Origin: Promethearchaeia archaeon
Lineage (GTDB): Archaea > Asgardarchaeota > Lokiarchaeia > Sigyniarchaeales > SOKP01
Assembly: GCA_029856155.1 (NCBI GenBank)
Contig: JAHQWL010000052.1
Span: 64,001 to 128,000 of the forward strand
Length of the DNA: 64,000 nt
Reading direction: 5' to 3'
Shown: positions 1 through 9,799 of the stretch, piece by piece
Position numbering within the stretch: position 1 is the first letter of the stretch
Layout of the letters: every line of letters begins with the position of its first letter
Made by a program: the position numbers and the translations under genes
The notes under the pieces: generated by a model
Database searches by the model: none
Told to the model about the DNA's origin: nothing
Seen by the model: the letters and a program-made list of their open reading frames with translations, nothing else

Positions 1-51
1 ATTGCTGTGATTTTAATTATTATCGGAAATTATATTATTTTATTCTTGTAA
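1..51 (+). CDS. 3' end of a probable membrane protein (partial)
   Basis: Frame 1 reads IAVILIIIGNYIILFL* from the window edge. Confidence 0.35.
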   Translation: MAVILIIIGNYIILFL

Positions 52-193
52 AAAGAGAAGTTAATTTCATATTCAAAACAAATTAATCTGTTTTAATATT
101 TTGAATGTTCAGAATGATTAATACCGATAATTAAAAACAAGAGAAACTATTATATAATTTATAAGAAATAGTAATGAGAGAGATAATTAAATT

Positions 194-853
194 ATGGATT
201 TGGATTTGATAAACAAAAATAAAATTCGTGCTGATGACTATATTACTTTTTTGTTAGTTATTTGTTTTCTACTTTTTGCCTGCTTTTCCCCTTTAGAGGC
301 ACTTTTATCCGTTATAGTTTATCCATTTGCGTCTTTGACTTGTTTGGGTATTTTAAATATTATCAGCGTTATTAAAAAAAGGAATTATGAAAATTATGGA
401 AAATTTAATAAGATTTTATCGGGAATTATTTATGTAAACTTTTCAGTATTATTCTTATGGTTTATATTAACACAACCTAATGTTACCACTCATAGAATAG
501 TTGCATTAATTGCATTTCCGATGTTGATTGTAGCATTTGCAGGTATTATAAAAGGAAAAATAATTGATATTTACTCATTAAAATACCGAAGAGTGAATAT
601 ATATATTGGTATAACTACGTTTATAATTAGCATGTTAGTTTTACTAAATATAATGAATAATTTCTTATTTAATATTATTGCACTTTCTTTCACACTTTTA
701 GTTAATATTTTAAGCAGAGCAGCTTTATATTTAAGTGAATTTGGATTATCTATTGTGCATATTAAGAATTTAAAACTTTTCTTATATATTATTTCTGATT
801 ATTTAATACATATAGATAGAAATGGGAATCTAATATTAAGTAAGATTGAATAA
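194..853 (+). CDS. Multi-pass membrane protein, paralog 1
   Basis: ~6 hydrophobic segments; shares NKxKIRAD and RAALYLSEFGLS motifs with the next ORF. Confidence 0.75.
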   Translation: MDLDLINKNKIRADDYITFLLVICFLLFACFSPLEALLSVIVYPFASLTCLGILNIISVIKKRNYENYGKFNKILSGIIYVNFSVLFLWFILTQPNVTTHRIVALIAFPMLIVAFAGIIKGKIIDIYSLKYRRVNIYIGITTFIISMLVLLNIMNNFLFNIIALSFTLLVNILSRAALYLSEFGLSIVHIKNLKLFLYIISDYLIHIDRNGNLILSKIE

Positions 854-988
854 GTTAAGTTTTTAGAAAGAATTCTTTTTATATGAAGATTTTTAAATCA
901 CATTTTCTTAACTAAAAATTGATACATTTTTCAGTAATGAAATCAATTTATAAATTAAGTATTTTAATTCAAATTAGGATAATCAGGA

Positions 989-1666
989 ATGGTCCCTTAT
1001 CATCTCGTAAATAAAGATAAAATTCGTGCTGATACTTATATATTAGGCATTCTCGTTATATTTTATTTGATTTTTGTTTTAACATTTAAGATCGAAGCTA
1101 TATTCAATATTATTGTTTATCCTCTTGTAGCTCTATCGATTCAGGGGTTTCTGAAGATTATCAGTAGTTTAAATAAGAGAAATAGGGAAAGAGGAAATAA
1201 ATTTAATCAAATTTTATTAGGGATAATATACATATTTTTCTCATTATGGTTTTTAGGATATTTGATTTCATTCCCTAATATTACTTCAAAAACTCTCATC
1301 AATTTAATTGCATTTCCGATGGTGATTGTTGGGATTGCGGGGATTATTAAAAGCATAATCATTAAGATTTATTCATTGAAATATCGAATTATAAATAGTA
1401 TAATTGGGGGCATAACTATAGGAATATGTATGATGGCTTTTACTTCCCCAATAATTCTTCCTACAAGTATTTTTCTATTTCACATTATTGCTTTTTCAAT
1501 TGTATTAATAATTAATGTTTTAGGGAGAGCTGCTCTTTATTTAAGTGAATTTGGATTATCGTTAGTATCTATTAGAAATTTTAAAGTCTTTTTCTATATA
1601 ATATCTGATTATTTACTTCAAGTTGATAGTAATGGAAATCTTATTTTAGACAAAATAAAATATTAA
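989..1666 (+). CDS. Multi-pass membrane protein, tandem paralog 2
   Basis: Colinear similarity to 194..853 (LIAFPM, RAALYLSEFGLS, YIISDYL..D.NGNLIL). Confidence 0.75.
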   Translation: MVPYHLVNKDKIRADTYILGILVIFYLIFVLTFKIEAIFNIIVYPLVALSIQGFLKIISSLNKRNRERGNKFNQILLGIIYIFFSLWFLGYLISFPNITSKTLINLIAFPMVIVGIAGIIKSIIIKIYSLKYRIINSIIGGITIGICMMAFTSPIILPTSIFLFHIIAFSIVLIINVLGRAALYLSEFGLSLVSIRNFKVFFYIISDYLLQVDSNGNLILDKIKY

Positions 1667-1692
1667 ATTTGATAAGTTATTATATAGATGGT

Positions 1693-1774
1693 AAGTAGAA
1701 TCTCATGGTTACTGTTCCTAAGTCAATTAATCACTTAAAAACAACCACGTAATGACTATGAGATAATTCTATTT
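1693..1774 (+). other. Long imperfect intergenic hairpin upstream of the aminotransferase/serA genes
   Basis: ATCTCATGGTTA (1700-1711) pairs with TGACTATGAGAT (1753-1764) with two G-U pairs; inner TGTT/AACA and TAAGT/ACTTA stems; outer AGTAGA/TCTATT. Confidence 0.4.
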
Positions 1775-1883
1775 ATATATTCAAAAAATATAAATAAAAA
1801 ATAATAAAAATGATATTAGACCTTAATATTTAATTCCATGTATCATACAAAAAAATTTACGTAATCTGAAAAATGTGTTAACT

Positions 1884-2996
1884 ATGAAGGAGGTTCATTT
1901 TAATAAAGAAAAAGGGTCTGAATTAAAGTTATTTACTCCCGGACCAGTATATGTTCCAGAGAGAGTTTTGAAAGAATTAGCAAAACCAAATGATACTCAT
2001 AGATCGAAACCTTACTCAGAAATGCATCAAAAAGCAACTGAAGGCCTTCAAAAGTTATTATATACTAATAATGAGTGTTTAATTTTTACTTCAAGTGCAA
2101 CAGGGATAATGGAAGCTTGTGTTAGAAATCTAGTTAGAAATGATGAAAAAGCATTATTTTTTTCAATTGGAGCTTTTGGAGATCGATGGTATGCTATTGG
2201 TATATCAAATGGAAAGATCTCTGTTAAAGAAGGTGTTGAATGGGGTAAAGCGATAACTCCCGAGATTGCTCAAGAAGCTTTAAGTAAAGATAAATATTCG
2301 GTCGTTTTTATTCAAGCAAATGAGACATCCACTGGTGTTTATAATCCCATTGATAAAGTAGCTCCAATAATCAAAGATTCGGGGGCGCTATTATGTGTAG
2401 ATGCAACTTCTTCAATGGCAGGAATTAAAGTGGAAGTTGATAAATTGAATATTGATGTTTGCTTAGCTTCTGTTCAAAAATGTTTTGCTTTACCTCCTGG
2501 ACTTGCTGTTTGTTCGGTATCAGATGCTGCATTCGATAAAACAGAAAATGTAAAAAATAGGGGTTTATACTTCGATTTTATTGAATTAAAAAAGAGAAAT
2601 GCAAAACATCAAACTCCAACTACTCCTCCTATACCACAAATAAGAGGCTTAACCGCTCAATTAGATTTTATATTGAATGAAGAAGGTTTGGAGAAGAGAT
2701 TTGAAAGACATGAACAATTAGGAAAACAAACACGTAAGTGGGCAAATGATCTTAATCTTGAGATGTTTCCTGAAAAAGGATATGAATCTAATACGGTTTC
2801 TACAATAAAAAATTCATTAAATCTTGATATTCCAGAAGTGGTTTCTATGCTTCTAGACGAGGGATATCGAATTGTTAATGGATATGGAAATTTAGTAAAT
2901 AAAACATTTCGTATTGGGCATATGGGAGAGATTCAACTTAAAGATCTTGAAGAGATGTTGGAAATTCTTACAGAAATTATAAACAAATTAAAATAA
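1884..2996 (+). CDS. Class V PLP aminotransferase (serine-pyruvate / archaeal phosphoserine aminotransferase type)
   Basis: FTPGP, NETSTGV, VDATSS, SVQKCFALPPG (PLP Lys), FRIGHMG; adjacent to serA; ATG at 1884 (track start GTG 1875). Confidence 0.85.
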   Translation: MKEVHFNKEKGSELKLFTPGPVYVPERVLKELAKPNDTHRSKPYSEMHQKATEGLQKLLYTNNECLIFTSSATGIMEACVRNLVRNDEKALFFSIGAFGDRWYAIGISNGKISVKEGVEWGKAITPEIAQEALSKDKYSVVFIQANETSTGVYNPIDKVAPIIKDSGALLCVDATSSMAGIKVEVDKLNIDVCLASVQKCFALPPGLAVCSVSDAAFDKTENVKNRGLYFDFIELKKRNAKHQTPTTPPIPQIRGLTAQLDFILNEEGLEKRFERHEQLGKQTRKWANDLNLEMFPEKGYESNTVSTIKNSLNLDIPEVVSMLLDEGYRIVNGYGNLVNKTFRIGHMGEIQLKDLEEMLEILTEIINKLK

Positions 2997-3145
2997 AAAC
3001 GATTTAATTTATTAAATAAATGATTTTTCATTTTTTTATCATTCTTCTTTTATATAGAATTCTGTATAATTAAACAAAAACTCTTTAAAGATTTGTAAAC
3101 TAAATGAAGTATTCAATCTAATTAAATTCAATCCGAGTGATTTAA

Positions 3146-4078
3146 ATGAAAATATTAGTTAGCGATAAACTTCAAGATGAAGGGATTAAGATATTTGAAG
3201 AAAATGGATTTGAAGTCGTAAAGAAATTTACAATTACTAAGGAAGAACTTAAACATGAAATTGGAGATTATGATGGTATTGTAATTCGTTCAAGAACAAA
3301 GTTAACCGCTGATGTATTAGAAAATGCTAAGAATTTAAAAGCAATTGGGAGAGCTGGAGTTGGTTTAGATAATATTGATATAAACAAAGCAGCTGAGATG
3401 AATATAAAGGTTTTAAATACTCCTGAAGCTCCTGCTGTTTCCGTAGCAGAATTTGCACTAGGTTTGATGTTAACTTTAGCAAGAAAAATTTCATATGCAG
3501 ATCGTACAACCCATGAAGCACAATGGAAGAAAAATGAATGTTTAGGATATACCTTAAATGGGAGAAAACTTGGATTAGTAGGTTTTGGAAATATAGCAAA
3601 GCATTTAGCAAAAATTGCAATTGCTATGGGGATGGAAGTTGGTGTTTATTCTAGATTTAGTAAAGGTCAAGTAGCTGTTGATGAGGCTAAAGAAATTGGA
3701 TGTTCAATTTATCCTTCAGTTGAAGGTCTATTAAGAGAAGCACAGGTTGTTTCATTACATCTTCCTTCTTCACCTCAAACTGAAAATATAATCAATGAAG
3801 AACGAATTAAATTAATGAGGAAAGATTCTATACTTATTAACACAGCAAGAGGTAATCTAATTGAGGACAAAGCTTTATTGAATGCATTAAAAAACCAAGA
3901 TATCGCAGGTGCGGCTCTTGATGTATATCGTAATGAACCATTAAAAGATCAAGAATTAATTAAATATAATGAGAATTTAGTGTTAACTCCACATATAGCA
4001 TCCCAAAGCATTGAAAATCAAACTGCTGCAGCTATTATGGTTGCTGAAAAAATGTCAAATTTCTTAAAAAGTAAATAA
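3146..4078 (+). CDS. serA: D-3-phosphoglycerate dehydrogenase (short form, no ACT domain)
   Basis: RAGVGLDNID, GLVGFGNIA, INTARG, LDVY..EP, TPHIAS. Confidence 0.85.
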   Translation: MKILVSDKLQDEGIKIFEENGFEVVKKFTITKEELKHEIGDYDGIVIRSRTKLTADVLENAKNLKAIGRAGVGLDNIDINKAAEMNIKVLNTPEAPAVSVAEFALGLMLTLARKISYADRTTHEAQWKKNECLGYTLNGRKLGLVGFGNIAKHLAKIAIAMGMEVGVYSRFSKGQVAVDEAKEIGCSIYPSVEGLLREAQVVSLHLPSSPQTENIINEERIKLMRKDSILINTARGNLIEDKALLNALKNQDIAGAALDVYRNEPLKDQELIKYNENLVLTPHIASQSIENQTAAAIMVAEKMSNFLKSK

Positions 4079-4091
4079 TTAATTATAATTT

Positions 4092-5294
4092 TTAATTTTC
4101 TCCTAAATCGTGTAAAATTAATCCCGAAAGAACTTTTGGATCAAACCAAGTGGATTTTGGTGGCATTACTCCTCCTTCATCTGCGATTATTTCCAAATCT
4201 CTGATGTCCACGGGATATAAATTAACAAATAAATCATTTGCATCATCTGTGACATATTTTTCCATTTCTTTTGGATCTTGTGTACCACCTATAAAGAAGA
4301 TATTCTCATCGGAACGAGGGTCTTTAATATTTAAAAGAGGATCCAAGACCCTATCTTGGAGAATTGCAACATCTAAGCTATCGTGTTTGTCTTTGAACTT
4401 TTTATTTTTAACTAATAGTTTATACCATTTACCTCTCAAGCAAATCGCTATTTCATTTTTTTTCTCTGGATTAAACTCATTATTCACAGATATGATCTCA
4501 AAATTACTTTCTAATCTTTTTAAAAAATCTTTCTCTGATATTGGTAATTTTCTAATAACACGATTATATGGTAAAATCCGGATTTGATCGTCCGATGCTA
4601 CATATGATAGTAGATTCTGCCAAGGAGCTTTTATGTTTTTATCTGCACCAGCTTGCTTAAGCTTTATTTTACGGTATTCTGATGCACTAGCAGCTCTGTG
4701 ATGTCCGTCCGCAATGTATATCTTTTCATTTCTAAATAAGTCTTCTAACTTTTGAATTATTTTATGATCAGTTTCTTGCCATAGAAGATGGCGATATCCA
4801 TACTTTTCAAAGTTAAATCTAGGTTCTTTCTTCTTAATTTTTTCAATTAATGCTTTAATCTTTTTATTAGCTTTAAAAAAAGTCCAAACCAAACCTGCAG
4901 CGACATTTGATGACACAATATGATTTGTTCGGTCTTTAAGTGGCTTTTCTCGAGTATTTTCATGCTTAACTATGTTTCCATCTTCATAATCCTGAAGAGA
5001 AACCCCTAATATTAAACCTTGATGACAGAAATTTGTGGATTCTTGTCGATATACAAATATGCTTGGCGTATCTTCTTTCTTAATAATTTTTTTCTCTTTA
5101 AAATTATTATATGATTTAGCAGCATTACGGTAAATTTCATCACCATCTCCATCTGGTAATATAAGATGTACTAATGAATTAGGGTTTTTCTTTAACTCTT
5201 GTTCTTCTTCTTTACTAATAATATCATATGGATTAGTACAGAATTCTTCTGGATTAATAGGAATATAAGGCTTTAAGGGTGTTATCAGTACCAT
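4092..5294 (-). CDS. DUF1015 family protein (ParB/Srx-like fold, usually linked to serA/serC)
   Basis: PYDII, KHENT, YIADGHHR, MPPKSTWFDPK; ATG at 5294 preferred over TTG 5315. Confidence 0.85.
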   Translation of the reverse strand: MVLITPLKPYIPINPEEFCTNPYDIISKEEEQELKKNPNSLVHLILPDGDGDEIYRNAAKSYNNFKEKKIIKKEDTPSIFVYRQESTNFCHQGLILGVSLQDYEDGNIVKHENTREKPLKDRTNHIVSSNVAAGLVWTFFKANKKIKALIEKIKKKEPRFNFEKYGYRHLLWQETDHKIIQKLEDLFRNEKIYIADGHHRAASASEYRKIKLKQAGADKNIKAPWQNLLSYVASDDQIRILPYNRVIRKLPISEKDFLKRLESNFEIISVNNEFNPEKKNEIAICLRGKWYKLLVKNKKFKDKHDSLDVAILQDRVLDPLLNIKDPRSDENIFFIGGTQDPKEMEKYVTDDANDLFVNLYPVDIRDLEIIADEGGVMPPKSTWFDPKVLSGLILHDLGEN

Positions 5295-5513
5295 AATATT
5301 AATTAAAAGCTTCAAGAATATATATTAATTTCCAAATTTCTATACCTTAAAAATAGCCCTCAATAAATAAATTACACTATTTATTTCCAAAATTATTTAA
5401 TACTAATCTCTCTTAATTATGATAAGTTTTGTTTAAAAAAATTAATAAATATTTTATCTATATAAATATCATAAAAATATCTATTTTAAATTAAATTTTA
5501 AAGAGAATAAACT

Positions 5514-6518
5514 ATGCCTAAAGATTTAAGAAAAACCTTAGACAGTATTGAATCCAGTGAAAAAGAGATCGCTGCTATTAAAGCAAAAACTGATAAATTA
5601 GCTGCTTTAGCAGACCGCCAAAAACGTATTATAAGTGAACAAGAGGGAATAATTGAAGAACAAAAAGTTAAAATTTCGAAAATGTCGGATATTCCAGAAG
5701 ATATACTTGAACTTAAAGAATTAATTGGTGCACAACGACAATATATTAATGAAAAAGACCTTGAATTAGAATATGCGAAAGGTGAAGTTGCCCAATCTTT
5801 AAAAGAATTAGAATTAATCAAAAAACAAATTATTACAACTCAAAAAAAATTAGAAGAAGCTTATGAAACGATGGGCAATTTAAGAACCGAATTGGCTGAA
5901 AAAAACTCAGAATTAATCTTAAAAAAGGAAGCAATGAAAAATCAAGAAACAAAAATAAAAGAATTAGAAGCATTTACTGATAAATTCAAAGAAGAACAAG
6001 TTAAAATGATGGAAGAAATGGAACAAAAACATAGAAATGAGACACAAGAATTAAAATCTAAAATTAATACACTTGATTCCTTTTTAATGGACAGCAAGTT
6101 AACATCTACAGAAAAGACTTCTGAAGCAAAAGATTTTGCTTCCCGATTCGAAAGTATGAGATCAAAATATGATGAGCTAATTGCCAAGGTAGGAGAATTA
6201 GGTGATAAAAATAGAGATGCAAATGAGGAAATTGAGAATTTAACTAAAAAGCTTAATGAATTAAAGACTCTCCAAAAAGATAATATAGATAAAATCAATT
6301 ACTATGACAAGTTAAAACCCATTATGGAAAAGGAACCTCTTTTTAAAACTTTTTTAATAGTTGAAGAAGTTGGAGGAATTACCTTGGAAGATCTTAAAAA
6401 TGCCCTTGGTATTCCTATTGTTACTGTAAAAAAGAATATTCAAACACTTGAAGGGATAGGTCTCATCGAAACGGATGATAGAGATAAAATTGTAGTAAAG
6501 AAGCAGGAAAAGTTTTAA
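5514..6518 (+). CDS. Long coiled-coil protein with C-terminal winged HTH
   Basis: ~270 aa E/K heptads, then ITLEDLKNALGIPIVTVKKNIQTLEGIGLI. Confidence 0.7.
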   Translation: MPKDLRKTLDSIESSEKEIAAIKAKTDKLAALADRQKRIISEQEGIIEEQKVKISKMSDIPEDILELKELIGAQRQYINEKDLELEYAKGEVAQSLKELELIKKQIITTQKKLEEAYETMGNLRTELAEKNSELILKKEAMKNQETKIKELEAFTDKFKEEQVKMMEEMEQKHRNETQELKSKINTLDSFLMDSKLTSTEKTSEAKDFASRFESMRSKYDELIAKVGELGDKNRDANEEIENLTKKLNELKTLQKDNIDKINYYDKLKPIMEKEPLFKTFLIVEEVGGITLEDLKNALGIPIVTVKKNIQTLEGIGLIETDDRDKIVVKKQEKF

Positions 6519-6611
6519 AATCCTTCCAATTTCAACAATAAAATTTAAGGTTTTAAATTATCCCTTTAAAAATTATTCCATTGATAAAATAAGGAGTTAA
6601 AATAAATTACG

Positions 6612-6989
6612 CTAAATTTTTGCTAACTGATCGTATAAACTTGGTAATACTTCTTTATACTTATCATCTGGAATTTTTTCAAGTATTTCGGCAGCAATTG
6701 TTTTTAATATCTCACGATATTTTCCAGGTTTCTCATCTCGCCGAAGTAAAAGTGCAACAACATAATTTTCCACGGAAATAAAGTCTTGTCCGACTCCAGA
6801 AAAGAAAGATACTACTTTATTATTTTTAAGAGCAATTGACGCAAATCCAGGTTTCAAAGATTGATATCGATGTGAACTGTAAACTTGTGTTAACAAGTTG
6901 TTTGTTATTTTTAGAGTATTCGGATAAAAACCTTCATTAATAGGACCAATCTCATTATCCCAGCGAATTACAAGAATACCTACAGGCAT
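6612..6989 (-). CDS. Small longin/uDENN-like protein
   Basis: N-terminal GILVIRWDNEIGP...YP pattern and alpha/beta layout. Confidence 0.5.
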   Translation of the reverse strand: MPVGILVIRWDNEIGPINEGFYPNTLKITNNLLTQVYSSHRYQSLKPGFASIALKNNKVVSFFSGVGQDFISVENYVVALLLRRDEKPGKYREILKTIAAEILEKIPDDKYKEVLPSLYDQLAKI

Positions 6990-7263
6990 GATTTTATACC
7001 CTTTAATTTAAGTTATATAAGATAATTACGTAATTTTATTTGTAGACTTGAATCAATACTATTTATGTTATTATTTTAATATCTTACTTTTATTTATTTC
7101 TTTTTATTTTTATGAATATCTTATCTGACCATTAACACAATTCGAATCCCTAACATAAAATAAGCTAAGAAAAAATTTAAATTAAAATTATAACTTTGAT
7201 TTATTGTTACCCTTAAAAGCTAAGAATTACCGCTTTTAAAATAAATTTTCTTATTTTTGCAAT

Positions 7264-7381
7264 GGAGAGGTTACCGAGCATGGTCAAACGCCATTTTACA
7301 CCAAAATGGGTCAAGACTATAGGTGCTGGACTTAAGATCCAGTGGCGCAGGCCTTCGGGAGTTCAAATCTCCCCTTCTCCA
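7264..7381 (+). tRNA. tRNA-Leu(UAA) with 33-nt non-canonical D-loop intron (7288-7320)
   Basis: Acceptor GGAGAGG/CTTCTCC; anticodon arm CTGGA-CTTAAGA-TCCAG (TAA 7333-7335); long variable arm; T-arm GGGAG-TTCAAAT-CTCCC; splicing restores D arm ACCGAGCATGGTCAA|AGGT; no encoded CCA. Confidence 0.93.
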
Positions 7382-7553
7382 CACTTTTTTCTTTATTCTG
7401 GATTAATGTATAAATTCAAATGTGTATTTTGAGGTCCCAAAACATGTAAGGGATTTCTGAAGATGAAGAACTTCCTAACTCAATATTTTTTGAATTCATT
7501 TCAATTTCAAAATCATTTTGGTTTAAAATAGAATAATTAAAAACTAAATTGAG

Positions 7554-8801
7554 TTGAAAGAAAATTATTTCAATACTATCGATACAATAGAAAAAGCGTA
7601 TTGGTTAGGAGTTCTCTATGCTGAGGCTACTATGGAAACTCGAAATCAGAAACCATATAGACTAGGGATTCAAATTGGAACAGATGATGAGATTCTCATA
7701 GATAGATTTATAAAGACATTAGATCTAAATCCAAAAATTAAGCATTATAGGGAAAAAGATAATACTGTTTATGTTAAATTTGTAAATAAAACAATTGTAA
7801 AAGATTTAGTAAAATGGGGTGTTGTACCTAGAAAATCTAAAATTATAGAATTACCAAAACTAAGTAAACGTGAGTTGTATTTAGCTTTTCTTCTTGGTTA
7901 TTATGATGGAGATGGGAAAACTGGTACTACTCGAATTATTACTGGAAGTAAAATCTTTTTAGATCAAATTAAGAAACATTTTGATTTACCATATAAAATT
8001 TATGAAAAAAATTCTTCTGGATTTTGGAGGGGCAGATTCATTGTTAGTCATGCATATTCTATGAGTTTAGGAGTAAATTTATATAACGAGATGTTAGCAA
8101 CTTATCAAAATAGCTTGCCAAGGAAAAGACATAATTTTACAACAGAATCCGAAAGAAAATCAAAAAGTAGAGAGAAGGCTTGGCGTTTAAGTAGAAATAA
8201 ATCAAAACTTTCAATGGAAGTCCTAAAAGAACTTGTGTGGAAATTACCATTATATAAAATTGGTAATATATTTGGAGTATCAGATAAAGTAATTAAGAAA
8301 TGGTGTATAAAATGGGGAATTGTTACCCCTCCTCGAGGATATTGGGTAAAAAAACGTGTTGCTCAAAAAAACAGAATTAATAAGAATAAAGAAAAAGGTA
8401 AATCAGAAGAAAATTCGGTTGAATCCAAAACAGAAAAAGAAGAACAAGAAGAGAAAATTAAAAATAAAAATAAAAATGCGGAACTCCAAGAGGAACACCA
8501 TGAAGAATCATATGAAGAAGTAAGTCAAAAGACTCTGGAAGGTGAAAAAGAGGAATCAGAAGAAGAGACCCAAAAAGAAGAAATTATAGAATCTTCTAAT
8601 AGAAAAGATTTTAATAGTCTTGTTAATGAGTCAAGAGAGCAGCATCCTTTTGATAGTCGATTTAATGAGCTTGAAGAAGATAATGTTTATAACAATCAAT
8701 TTGTTTGGTTTTCTCCACAAGTTAGAGAGAATATTGAGAAAAATAAGGAAAGGTTATTAGAAAAGGCAAAGGAACAGATAGTAAAAAAAATAGATTCATA
8801 A
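7554..8801 (+). CDS. Free-standing double-motif LAGLIDADG endonuclease-like protein with HTH-like PPRGYW module and acidic tail
   Basis: AYWLGVLYAEAT and AFLLGYYDGDG helices; LYKIGNIFGVSDKVIKKWC...PPRGYW; Glu-rich C-terminus. Confidence 0.75.
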   Translation: MKENYFNTIDTIEKAYWLGVLYAEATMETRNQKPYRLGIQIGTDDEILIDRFIKTLDLNPKIKHYREKDNTVYVKFVNKTIVKDLVKWGVVPRKSKIIELPKLSKRELYLAFLLGYYDGDGKTGTTRIITGSKIFLDQIKKHFDLPYKIYEKNSSGFWRGRFIVSHAYSMSLGVNLYNEMLATYQNSLPRKRHNFTTESERKSKSREKAWRLSRNKSKLSMEVLKELVWKLPLYKIGNIFGVSDKVIKKWCIKWGIVTPPRGYWVKKRVAQKNRINKNKEKGKSEENSVESKTEKEEQEEKIKNKNKNAELQEEHHEESYEEVSQKTLEGEKEESEEETQKEEIIESSNRKDFNSLVNESREQHPFDSRFNELEEDNVYNNQFVWFSPQVRENIEKNKERLLEKAKEQIVKKIDS

Positions 8802-8930
8802 GTTGTACCAGAATCTGAAAAAAAAAAAAAATAATTATTCTTGAGTTTTGACACATTTAAATATTCTATTTTATAGAGATATATATTATAAGACAGAAAA
8901 GGATTATATAACAAAGGCTTAAAATCCTAA

Positions 8931-9200
8931 ATAAATTCAATTCAAAATGAGATTAAGGAAAAGCATTTCTCAAGGCCAAGTTGTAAAAACTGTGGAAAGC
9001 GAATCTATCTACCACGTGTCGGTTATATAAAGGGTGAACGGCTAAAAATTCCTTCCCATTGTCCAGTATGTGGTGAAAAGTACAGTGATGAAATAAAAAA
9101 GCAATTTGTAGCCAGGGAAAGGGTATTGCGTCTAGGACTTTGTGTTATATTAATTACGTACATAACAATTGGATTTATGATATTAATAAATTCCCTATAA
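8931..9200 (+). CDS. Unannotated zinc-ribbon protein with C-terminal TM helix (non-canonical start or frameshift)
   Basis: Open frame ...KHFSRPSCKNCGKRIY...SHCPVCGEKY...LGLCVILITYITIGFMILINSL*; no in-frame ATG/GTG/TTG before the CxxC pairs. Confidence 0.6.
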   Translation: MNSIQNEIKEKHFSRPSCKNCGKRIYLPRVGYIKGERLKIPSHCPVCGEKYSDEIKKQFVARERVLRLGLCVILITYITIGFMILINSL

Positions 9201-9301
9201 CCATTCTAATACAATTTCTTTTTACCTCTAGAATAGACTAATTAATTTTAATTAGTAGAATCCATTTGAAATAAAAAAAAAGTTAGAAATTTTAATTAAT
9301 T

Positions 9302-9616
9302 TTATCCTTCAATTTCCTTTTTCAATTTCATTACTAAAGGGATTATTTTTGTAGCATCCATAGCTGGAGTTGTTTTCATAACCTTTATATAACCTGGTTT
9401 AGCAAGTCTCCAGATCATTGAACCTTTTGCCATCTGTTCCTCATTCTCAGCTTCTTCTATAGTAATTCCCCAATAATCTGATGTGCTAACGTAAAAGCCT
9501 ATTTGTTTAACTCCTGCAACTGGATAAAGTTTCTTACTCATGAGTGTTTGCGCAATTTCAGCCAATTCTGAGGGATCAAAATCAGGATTTAATTCCCAAT
9601 ACGATAAGAAAAGCAT
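9302..9616 (-). CDS. Small DUF3303-like ferredoxin-fold protein
   Basis: MLFLSYWEL...GITIEEAENEEQM...MKTTPAMD pattern. Confidence 0.55.
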   Translation of the reverse strand: MLFLSYWELNPDFDPSELAEIAQTLMSKKLYPVAGVKQIGFYVSTSDYWGITIEEAENEEQMAKGSMIWRLAKPGYIKVMKTTPAMDATKIIPLVMKLKKEIEG

Positions 9617-9799
9617 TTTTTAACCACTTTATTATTTATAATTTTGGAATCGCATCTGATTAGACTTTTTTGTCTATATAGTATTATTCATTAATTCTTT
9701 CTATATATTTAATATTTTCCAACTTCATGAAATTTATTGAGCAAAATTATAAATAAAAAAGGTACTATTCAATATACATAGAAATCACAGCGATGGGTA

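Noticed and set aside
7381-9300. Integrated element at the tRNA 3' end
   Set aside because: No integrase, and I noticed no repeat of the tRNA 3' end in the window.
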